DNA of 64,000 nucleotides from Phoronis australis (lineage: Eukaryota > Animalia > Phoronida). The translations under genes were made by a program, and so were the position numbers. The notes below the pieces were generated by a model, which was not told where the DNA came from, made no database searches, and was given only the letters and a program-made list of their open reading frames with translations. The DNA is taken from NCBI GenBank assembly GCA_002633005.1, contig NMRA01000975.1, forward strand, positions 17,958 through 81,957, written 5' to 3'. Positions 38,901 to 50,433 of this stretch are shown in pieces; the stretch's first letter is position 1; the number at the start of each line of letters is the position of its first letter.

Positions 38901-41900
38901 CATATGTTACTGTAGTCTACATGAACTTTCTCTCTCATGTTGATGGTTCCTTATTGTTAGGACTGATTGAATGTCACAAAGATTGTATTTTCTGAAAGGT
39001 GATTAAATTTCTTAGCAAAATTATTCTCATTGAATTGTAGGCTTTATTTTTTCAGTAGGTATGCGTTTTTTAGTAAAACTTTTTCTGCATTTGAACAGAG
39101 ATTTTAAAAATATTGTTCCTCCAATCATACTGGTCTTTTGTCAACATGTTGATAACGGCATTTTCAAGGCAACTGCCTATCAGATTTTTGAAATACGTCT
39201 TAGTTTGTGTCAGGTGCTATATTTGAGGAGCCTTCATTCAATAACACAACTGGTGTCAATATAAGGTCTGTTGTTATCATTACACCCCTTATGTACTGTA
39301 CATGAATGATAGGATGAAGTTCCTTAGGTTTAGAACTCAACAGGCGCAAAGGTGGATTTTTATTTGACAAAATTTCTCAAAAATTTAAATGAGAAAAGGG
39401 GTTTGTTGTGAAGATTTTTGTTTTGTAACAATCATGACTGAAATACTTCATTGGTAATTTGAGCTTGAGTAGCATTGCATTAACTTTAAATTAATTTTAA
39501 AAAAGGAAGAAATTGCTTCACTGAGAAGTGCTGTGGATTACATTACACAGCATTTTCATTTGCTTTACTTTCATTTTAATTAAGTTTGATTGAGGCATTA
39601 TTCATTTCAGTGTTAGAAATACCCAAATTAACCAGGGGAATCTTTTTCAATTTTTTACTAAAACTCGTCAGTCATAAGTGAAAGCTTACAATATTTGAAC
39701 TTGTTTTTGAAATTCAGCTTTGAGGTAATTCTTAGAGATTTTTAATTTTCATTTACTTTTATTAATGTGTGCATAATAAGTAATAAACATGACATTTTTA
39801 GTGACGGTCCAAATTAATTAAGTCATGATATAACATTTACCATAAATGATTGATATAAACTATGCTTAAAACAAGTAGACAATTATTATACTTGGCAAAT
39901 TTTTCAAACTAGAATTCTGTGCATTCATCATTTTGCAATTAGCACTTCTTGGTCCAGGTACATAATATCCATTATATTTCTGATGTCAGGTGTGGTATGG
40001 TTCACTTGACAACCAGGTGAATAATTGATTAACAAATACCTGCACACTGAAAGTAGTGCTATTGTTATTGGAGAGTGGAAGTTCTTTATTAACTCCTTGG
40101 GAATTGTTGCCATCATAAAAGTGAAGTTTTATTGATGAAAACGTTTTCTGTTATTATAGCAGTTTAAACGAGTTATCAGGAAAATCACCTAAGTTTTCAG
40201 TACCGGTATTTAACATTAAGGAATTTATAATTTCAGTTTTTGAAGGATTAGCCAAATTGAAGTTTTCTTTCGTACTGAATGTAGAGTAAGTGGGTCAAGT
40301 TGTGTGTATTCTTAGAAAAAAGTTACTGACAAATTCTAAGTTGCCCAGGTTTGAAGTATCAGTGCTAGTGTGACGACTTCCTATGTAGTAATGTGAAATC
40401 TTGTTAAACCCCTTAGCCAATATAGTAAAACTGAGCACTAATCTACATGTATCTGTCATGCGTTATGTTATAGATATTGTTTCAAGAAAGGTTGCCAAAA
40501 GTTAGCCTTATAATGAGATTAGACCCAAGTTGGGCACTGCTTAATTTGTCGATATTACCATGAAATAAAAATCCCCTGGAGTTATTGAAAAAAGTTGTTA
40601 AGTCACACAAAAATTTCAGGAAAAAAGTTAAACAGGTGCATTACAGTCTTTGTCCTCTAACTTTATTCTGTGTTGATGTAATGGATATTTTATTCTGCGC
40701 AGATGTATTGGAAATTTGTTGTTGTAGGCTGTGAATAGTGCTGCTTGACATTGACTATGTAGGTTGAATACAGACTGTTATATTATTACTTTTGTATTGA
40801 CATTTATGGATTTTGCTTTGTTAAAAGATATTTGCGTCATGGCACTTGTAAACCCTAGCAATAGTTGTCATAACAAACGGGCAATAGGTTAACCTTGACA
40901 GTGATGGTTTATTTATGCGTTGCCGTAGGTGTGACAAATTTAATGAAAATACTGATTCAGCTGTGCCTTATCACCAGATTTATCAACTGTTTTTGCTGTT
41001 ACATCTAACATATTCTGAAGTTCATCAGACATTGTTTCCAGTACTATTGGGTTTAAGCAAAACCTGGGCTTGTTATTGTTTCCATTTATCATTAATATAA
41101 TATCAACAGGATCCGTATAGGTACGGTAGAATCTAAGCAATACAATACAGTATGGTAGTCAAGGAAATAGTAGTTGTTTGTTTAATCATGAAGGATATGT
41201 AGCCCCAAGTAAATGCTAATGTGGTGTCCAGCGTTTTGTTTTACCATGTTTAAGAGTTTGATAAATTGTGAGCATTCACAACTGTGTTAGAAGTCTTTGA
41301 AAAAGGAATGGCGTTTATTTAGGAAATTGGTGAGATATTGCTGTAGCCATGGTGACGCATGGTTTTCATGGAAATACTAAACCTTGAGGAATAATTTAGT
41401 TTTCTAATGTTGTGCTTGCATAAAGTTTTAAAGCGCAAGCGGGTTTATAGGGCTTTTTGCTCTACGGACACAAACAAAAAATGCTGCCAGCACGTTGTTT
41501 TAAGGTTTATGCATGTTTTTAGCTTGAGCTGTCTATGAGTAAATGCCATGCAGCATAGACCAAAATTCCCAACTTGAATATTGCCCATCTTACCAGAGAT
41601 TATCAATTATACCTTATTTACCTGTATTCATTATATTGTAACTACTAGTCATAATAAATGACATATTGCCTATCTCCGTCTCCTTTTCATCTTTAGTAAC
41701 GAGCTTGCAACGCGCATATCATTTATCTATTATTCAGGACGTATGTCGATCATAAATATATTTGTAGCCATTTCTAACAGTCTTGTTTTACGCCCGTTAA
41801 TTACAAGCATTTTGTGTTGTGTGCGTTACTAATTGAATAATTACTGCAAAAACAATCTTGTTGTCAATGAGAATACAGGTTTATCCAGTGCTTTTAGTTT

Positions 41901-44667
41901 TTGCACAAATAATTCTTCTATTGTTTTACAGCATGTTTGGAGTTTGTAGCAGGCTACTGACCCAAAGCTGCTTACTCTTCAATTTTTGTTTTGGCTTATT
42001 GTTATAAAATGGTTTGATTTCTAGAAGAACCAGAAAAATGTGCAGAAGGTCAGGAAGCGGACAAGCCAGCTGAGAATTCTGAGGCCCCCGCTGAGACGAC
42101 GGAAGCACCCGCTGAGACATCTGAAGAACAGAAACCAGCTGAAGGCATGCTATGTTGATGTTCATCTGTAGTTTGAACGCACGTGGCACACTGTATTGTC
42201 TTTTGTGTTGCACCGATGCATGTTCATCTGTGCTTCATGCCATTCTATCGCTACTGTTGGTCACACTGGTGCCTCCCTCTTTTGGAAAACATGTCACTTT
42301 CGGTTGCAGTGCCAGGTGATTTTTTTGATATACTTAATTGCTATTTTGGGAAAAAAGGAAAGAAGAATTACCGTCAGATTTTAATTGAACAAGCCATGTG
42401 ACCATCGGATATCTTTGACTTGCAGGATCATTCCATGATTCACAGGTTTTGAAACTGAGGAAGCCAGCTAAAGCAGATTATATTACCGTAGTTTAAGTAT
42501 TAAATATTCAAATTTCAAGAACTAATTGTTTAATTTGGAATGGTGGCTTTGATATTTCAAAACCTGGGAATGACTACTAACGCTCATTTCAACACTTCAA
42601 GTTTGGTCTTTGTTTTTCACAACAGTGAGGTTCTCCACTAACTGCATGCTAAAGTGTATAATCTAATCCATCTTTGTCTTTCTTCAATTTACATTACAGT
42701 GCACTTGTGAAGAGGTGATTGTATAACATGTGCTTTCTTTTAAAGTTGCTATGGCATTCTGTGTTTGGCAGTTCTTGTTAGGAATTACCGTTTAAAATTG
42801 ACAACTCGGGTGAACTCTTGTTGTCAATGTAGGTTTTCCAAAAAGGTTAAAATTTATACATTTGACGATCTTTCACTCAGCATATGTGTAATATGTCACA
42901 TATTGATTTGTGAATAGCCACTTTGTACATTCAGCGTTATATTTGGAATAAAACCAAGACATTTCAAATTCACAAGAAAAGAATTGATTTTAATGCACAC
43001 CACAGAAGTTCCTTGCTTCCATTCATCTCTTCAGCAGCGTGTTCTTTTGGTCATTTCATTCAAAACAGTTTGTCATTTTTACAAGCTGAACACTGCACAT
43101 GGATGTCTCTAGCGCAGCTGATTGATGTGAAGCAATAAACATGTCTACGACGACAACGGTTTTTAGTGTGCCAGTACCAGTTAAAAGAAATCCATTGCAA
43201 GCATATTTTCAGTGAATTGTGTTTTTCTCAATTAATGTTAAGTATGCACTACATGTAATGTGCTACACTGTAGTTAAAGGAACAAGCACCAGGTGGTACT
43301 GCTGAGGTTTGAACACAATTGCCTGGGCTGCATTCCATAGATGCGAGGTATCGCACTAGCATTCTTATGAGTGTCTTTGGTCAATGGAACGCAACCCTTT
43401 GACATGCCATAGCTTCTTAACAAAACTAATCTCTCCAGGTTGTTGCTCTACTCCTTGAATGGCTTCACACTAATGTTCTTGCCTAGACTGACTGCTCGTT
43501 GTCAAAACTGGAAGGTGATTCTCTTGTTCTGTTAGTGCCCGTGAAGATGTATGTTGCCATGGTTACCATGAAGATGTGTTGCCATGGTTACCATGAGATA
43601 GAAAGAGTTCTTCTGCATGTTGGCCTGAAATATTACTTACAGCTCTTTTGCTCGACTTTTGTGCTAGTCTCAAGTTTTCTGTAGTTGACTTGAACCCTTG
43701 AAACAGCCTTAATGTAATCTCCCAGGCAGGTTTGGGGTGTCTACCACTCCTGGTTGTTCACTTTTTATGTTGACTGTTTTTTTTACTGGGTAAATGTAGT
43801 AGCAATTATCATTTATGGAATTGTATTATACCAATTGAATTGCTGTTGTTTCTTCACCATATGGTGATTAACATCCCAGAAATCTTGGCATTGGTGTTTT
43901 TGTCCATTTTCTTTATTCCACGATTCTCGGTAATGTTGTCTGTTCCTTGGTTTTGGCTGTAAATTAATAACAATATCATGGGTTTACAGAGAGTGAGAAG
44001 CCTGCAGAGGAATCCCCTGCATCAGATGACAAGCCAGCAGATGAGGAACAGAAGCCAGCTGAGGGTATATTCATTTAATGCATATTGTTTACTGACTAGT
44101 TCTTAAAGCCACAAATCGTGTTCTCTGTGTTTTTAACGTGAAACTCCAATTTTGACCACTTTCACCTTGTTTGAGTACAGCGAGAAATGATTCCTTAGTC
44201 ATGTTGTGAATTTGACTGTGTTGTTAGTATAATGACGGAAATCAATAAAGTTTTAAGTCACTATTTTTTGTGCCAAAATAACTGCAAAATGCCAGTTACC
44301 AGGCTGTGAATGGTTCCCAGCCTGGATACAAGATGCAGCTACATCTAATTGATGCTGTGTGTTTTGTGGCTCTCTTCATCCTCTTCAGTATAAATACACA
44401 ACTTGATTCACTTCTTCACGTATATGTTGTCACGTGCATTGCTTTGTGAAAATTACGTAACATCTTGTTTGCTATTTTGTGAAGTCTGTGAAAGTGTCAC
44501 TAAGCATATCCTTCCCATTTACGTAGGTTCATGTTATTCTAGGCCTGCTATTTAAGTGTCTGGCTGTACTTTGTAATTTTATGATGCAGAAGTCAGTACC
44601 TTTGTCCTTAAATATCTCAAAAGTAATTTATTGAATATGTTTTTTTTTTTCAGCGGCTGCTGAGTAA
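29928..44667 (+). CDS. Acidic, E/K/P/A-rich, probably disordered protein with N-terminal myristoylation/palmitoylation motif (~203 aa)
   Basis: Exons 29928-30093, 32777-32842, 36430-36600, 42025-42144 (GC donor), 43990-44064, 44654-44667. All introns are phase 1 and the join is in frame: MGCNSSKNTQ...EEKPA...EEQKPAE...EEQKPAEAAAE*. Extra small exons may have been missed. Confidence 0.82.
41581..41755 (+). repeat. Dispersed repeat, copy of 22150-22365 family
   Basis: Same conserved blocks as the 22150 copy. Confidence 0.7.
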
Positions 44668-47394
44668 TTTGTCTTTCGCCTTTTGGTGGACATTCCACGT
44701 TAGACCTGGGATTACTCTTTTTGTATTCAAGACAATCGTGCAAGTATCTATCCCAAATATTGCCAGGAGTTCAAGCAAAAAATCTCCACACAAGATCTGA
44801 ATCCTTCAAATAAAATATTTCTGCTTTATCTTCATGTTACTTTACAACAGTAGTATCCCCATTTCCAAGTAAAAACCCTTCGTTTCTGCTGATAGTGACT
44901 GTTTGGTCACAGCACGTGTGCCACTGAATATCACGGCTGATGAAATATTATTGGATCGATGCATGTTAAAAGTCTTAGTCACTGTTTGGTCGTCCTCCAT
45001 TTAGATAAAACCAGGTTATACCTTTTATTTGACTTTTTGTAAAAATTAGTCTGCTCAAATCATTGTAAATATTTTATTGTTATTGTTATGTAATCGACAT
45101 TTATGCATTGAAATTGTTATCAGATACCGTGTGTATATAATAGGCCACTTTTCTGTTCCATCCGGTTGTGAATATATTTCAAGCAGCTAGTGGTTCCTGA
45201 AGTCAATTTTGTCACCTCATTGTGAGTTGACCTCAAGATGTTACACTTGCCTTAGTTATCTCCCCTTGCTCCTCTTGCCTTTGTCTGTTGTTAGCTGAAG
45301 ACTGTTTAGGTGTACGGTATCTGCCCATCAACATTGCTTTTTTGCTGAAAGCGAGTATTTATTGTAGAATTCGCTTGTTGGCATTGTGGCTGTTAAGTGT
45401 CAAAATAAGGATTTGATAGCTTATGTTGCTTAAACTAGTGTTATGCTGCCATAAAGAAGTGCGTTATGGCAATTGTCATAGAGAATGTTTGGGAAGTACC
45501 GTACTTGTCTGGGTTAATGTCCATGCTTGATTTAGTGTCCACAATGGTACTCTATGAGCTGATCATACTCGTGTGCAAATAAACAGTGAAGGCCTGCATG
45601 TGAGCAGCATTTTACTAGTGCATCAGACACACTTTATCTTTAGATCGAAAAAAACTTGGTCACACTACCCTCAGAACTCTACTGAATTGAAGTACTTTGG
45701 GTGATCCTCCTTTGTAGATGGTAAGCCCTTACCAGTGCATTGTCTACAATCAGCTGTGAAGTGCAACGTTTACTTTGATCCCTGGGCGATTGACCTTTGG
45801 GGTAAGCTCCCACCCCCGACTTTTCAACATTTTTGTCTTTTTATTTTATTATGCTCAACATAATGCCCACCTGTTGATTTGTAACGTAAGCGCCGTTGGC
45901 AATAACACGGATTAGTACGGTAAAGTCAAGTATATAACCATGACAGGGGGTATAGTTGTGCAATGTTTACAACTGTGCAATTTGGTATGCTGTCTGCAAA
46001 GGGAACACCAGGTTGTAATGTTGTTGGCTGTGGGCACTGGTGTGATATAAGCATCATGACCTATTGACCTCTTAAATTGACTGTCCAGTTTTTCTAAAGC
46101 CAAAGTAGTGTGCATTAATATGACCCCTCCTCTTGGAACATGTATTGTAAGCAAATGGCAAGTGCAGGAAATGAGACAAATTAAATTGGCCAGGACTATG
46201 CTTTGGTTAGTGTGGTTCCCATAGCTGACAAACTTGTTACTTGCTAAATGATCTAAATTTGTTTTAATTGGCAACTTTACTCTACAGAGGTGCACCTACT
46301 ATTGCTTTAAAATATTTAATCACCGAGTGATCTGCACAATCTGTGTGTTATGGGTATAAGTTAAAAATGATATTAGTTGATTACAACCAATGGTTGTATT
46401 ATTACTATTACTAAAAATGGTCACTTTTACATTTCACCATCTTTTGATTAAAATTTGTTGGCATCACACCATGCATAATTTGAAGTTTAACTAAATTTCA
46501 CTTAGATTAGATATCTGCCCCTTAGAATGCTATGCAGTTAACTTAAATGATCTAATCTCATTGCTTTATATTTAATGTGAATATTATTTACTAGGAAGCA
46601 TACGTAACTAAATTAACTCGATCTCACATAGGCTGATACTGGCAGAAATTTGTTGAGGCTTTGGCCTCATAGTTGAAACGGTTAATGGATGTGTGCAAAT
46701 TCTCATTGATTTTTACACATGAAGTTCACCTGCAATAACCTACTTTGTCAAAATGTGCGAGTACGTGTTGCTTTGCTTACTGCTAGACAAAGGTTAAAGT
46801 TCATTTCCCCGAATATGGTGTTCTGTTCTAGTGACATAGCTTAATGCTTCCAGTATTACAAAGAGTTGCTTGGTTTGATTAAAAGTCTTTGGTTTTCACA
46901 GTCTACGACTTAAGACAGCTAACTGCAAGAGACACATTGTCAGAAATTTCTTCATTGTGGTTAAACAGTTATGCATGCCGCCGGTGAATGCCATTAATGC
47001 CCTCTATTGTCAAGTTTGTAGGGTGTTACTATGGCTCATAGAGTAGTTGCATTGTTGAAAGTTGTCTGCATTTTAGATCACCCAAGTTTCTGACTTTTCA
47101 TCACTTGCCCTTTGTAAATAAATTGTGTGTTAATGATGTTTCTCTGTAAATTTTTAATAAATTTGATTTGGTATATGTTAACATGTTGTGTTGCTTTTAT
47201 ATAAGAGACTGACTGACAATTTAGACAAGTGTACCAATGCAATGTGTCATCTTGACAGACTTCAAAATCTAGCATACACGGCATGTTGTGATGAAGTTCA
47301 AAACGCTCGCACACTAGAATACAAAGCAAGGATTGGAATGACCAATGACAAAACGAGAGCAATGCAGAACGTTGAAATGTGTCCATGAATGCAC

Positions 47395-48745
47395 TGCAAA
47401 CGGTGTGCTTCTAGGGGTGTTTATTTGTATCATAAAAATGACCACTAGATGGCGCAAAATATGTAGAATCCATCCGAAAACTGGTGTATGTCATCAAAGC
47501 TATTTACCAAATTTCAGAAAAATGTCAACGAACTTCAGAGAAATCGAAGAAAACAAAAAAAATGAAACTGCCACTTGGGAGGCTATGGCCGCAAAACAAA
47601 ACATAACTGCCACTAGGAGGTGCCACAGTAGATGAAGTCGTTAGAAAATCATTAACTGTCCTCTTCACACTAAGAACATGTACGCCAATTTTCACGATCA
47701 TCCTTGTGGTTTGGTTGACAGAGGGGCGGATGCCAAAAACAGACTAGAAAACAGTAATAATGGCCACTAGATGGTGCATAATATGACGAATCCATCCGAA
47801 AACAGGAACATGTCATCATTTCAATAGGAAGCTATTTATCAAATTTCTTAAAAATCCGTCAAGCAGCTTTAAAGAAACCTAAGAAAACAGAAACAAGAGC
47901 AACGCGGAGCCTTGCAATGCGCCCACGAATTCACCGCTAACGTGCTTCTAGGGGTGTTTATTTGAAACACAAAAATTTGCAACTGGATGGCACAAAATAT
48001 GTCGAATCCATCTGAGAACTAATGCATGTCATCAAAGCTATTTACCAAATTTCATATAAATCTGTAAAGGAACTTCTGAGAAAGCAGAGGAAAATGAAAA
48101 AATGAAATTGCCACTAAGAGGCTATAAGCGCAAAAAACATAACTGCCACAAAGAGGCACCAAAGTAAAGTCATCGGAAAATCATCGTCAGACTTCCTCTT
48201 CCCATTAGGAACATCAATGCCAATTTCCACAACCATCCTTAGAGTGGTTTGGTTGACAGAAAGGCAGACGTCAAATAACAAGACTCGAAAACAAAATGGC
48301 CACAAGGTGGCGCAAAATGCCTCGAATTTTACCGAAAACCGGATGACGGGGTCACCTCACTAATAGATGCCTGACTGCCAAATTTTATGAAAATCCATTG
48401 ACGATCCTTTAAGATGCAGAGGCAAACATAAAAAATAAAACTGCCACTAGGGGGCACACTGGTAGCCCGATCCGTCCGAAAGTAGTCATCCTCTGAAGAC
48501 AACTTCATATAAATACACCAGCACAATTCAATAAAGATTCTGAAGAGCATTTAGGAGATACAACCATGGACGCAAAAACAAACGAAACTGCCACTAGGAG
48601 GCGCCATAGTATTCCATAGTCATCGGAAAATCATTGTCAGCTGCTCTCTTCACAGTAAGAACATATATGCCAACTTTCAAAACCATACCTAGAGTGGTTT
48701 GATTGATAAAACGGCAGACGCCAAAAAACAGACGTATAAATATGT
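47395..48745. repeat. Complex internally repetitive element (possible Helitron/Helentron-type non-autonomous) with CTCF-like motifs
   Basis: gtgcttctaggggtgtttatttg at ~47405 and 47942; recurrent gaatccatc.ga, aagctatttaccaaatttc, gtggttt..ttga and actgccact..g.ggc blocks. Confidence 0.75.
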
Positions 48746-49794
48746 GGGCACAAAAAAGGAAAATTGGAAACCAAAAAAGAAAATCCTCAGAGGAAAATTC
48801 CAAGCACTGACAAAGGAAAACAAAAGGCAAAATGGAAATTTGGGATACCGACAACCAGATCACTTGCTGCTAAAAATCCACCTCTATATGTACTTGTTCC
48901 TTCCTAAGATGGAAAGTGATTTCTGGGTTTCCAACGAAGTGAGTTAGTTACTTCTCAAGACCATAGGTTATGCACATAAAATGTCATGTCAAGCCTACTT
49001 GAAACTCCTGACAAACTTGTAATGCTAAAAATATTTAAGTCTACCCGAAACAGTAACACAAGTGATTTGCGGTGCTACAATGTTTTGAGCACCACTATGA
49101 GCACACCAATTCCATGAATTACCAAATGTAAAGAAAGTCTAAGCTGATCGACTTAACATCGGTCTTTGTGAATGTGAGAATCTTGTACAATGTTTTATTA
49201 TTTGTTATTGCAGTGACTCAAAGTGGCCTGAGAACGCTATTTAATAATTTTTCAGACCTACTGTATGCTTAAGTGCTTATATCGTATTTTCTCGTGTTGG
49301 TAAAGGATTGCTGGGAGTACCTTACTAGCCCAATACATCGAAAAATAATAACAAAAATCCATTCCACGAAGGCTTTAAAGTGGAACTTGCTGGCTAATTC
49401 CCTATCTCTGTCATGGCTTGGCAGTAAGAACCACAACATATAGCGACAATCTAGGTTGAAAATTGCCAATGTTTTAAAAAATGAGTTTTGTGCCAAAAAT
49501 GATCCGCCTTAAATCACTGAACCGTATCCAGTAAGTATCACGACATATCACTGGGGGAGTAACGTTGCATGATGCGGGTTATTTGAGCCTGCAAAGTACG
49601 TCATTAGTGCACCGGTCACCTATTAGACTTTTTTGTTTTCACATTTACAAGTAGTCAGTGAATACAACTGCACTTTGTTTAGCATTAGATTATGTTAAAA
49701 TAGCATTGTGGTTTAGTTCCTGCTATACATTAGCATAGTTAGGAGCATGTAAATACATATTTAAGAATGTATAATAATAGTGAGAATGCAACAG

Positions 49795-49853
49795 CATATA
49801 ATGGTGTTCATATAATGGTGTTCATATAATGGTGTTTATATAATGGTGTTCAT
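49795..49853. repeat. 14-bp tandem repeat x4
   Basis: catataatggtgtt repeated. Confidence 0.9.
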
Positions 49854-50433
49854 GACCACCTCAAGATCAGAGAACAATTGTGCAACTAGATCAACAACAT
49901 ACACCTGCATAACTCAGCATTTATCCTGAATTCAACATCACCAACCCAAGATGAGGCCCACGAGATATCTGACTAACAAAAAAACAAAGACAAGAGAAAG
50001 GGACTACTTGGACTTCCATAAATTGCACAAAAGATGTATTGTAATTCAGGACAATGTATTTCCAGGTAGAGACATCAACATTTGGTTTTATTTAAATCAG
50101 AAGTACAACAACTTCGTGAACATCAAAGAAGAAATAAGACTTTGCAAGATAATTTAACAAATCTGGTCTCACAAGTTGCACAATAGCATACAATATACAG
50201 CTAAAGCAACATTAATAACACGCAAAATCCCATTTTTGAAACTTAATTTTAGACAAATGTTTTAGAAATGGAAAGTTTGGTTGCATTTGACTTGAACAAG
50301 CTTAAAACACCTAATACCAAACTGAATAGTGCCCCTCTAAACGATGTTTGGCTTCTGCGTGTCACTGAACCCACAGGACTCTACATACGTTTGTGTAAAG
50401 GTTGAAGATACGAACTAACAGGAATGGTCATCT

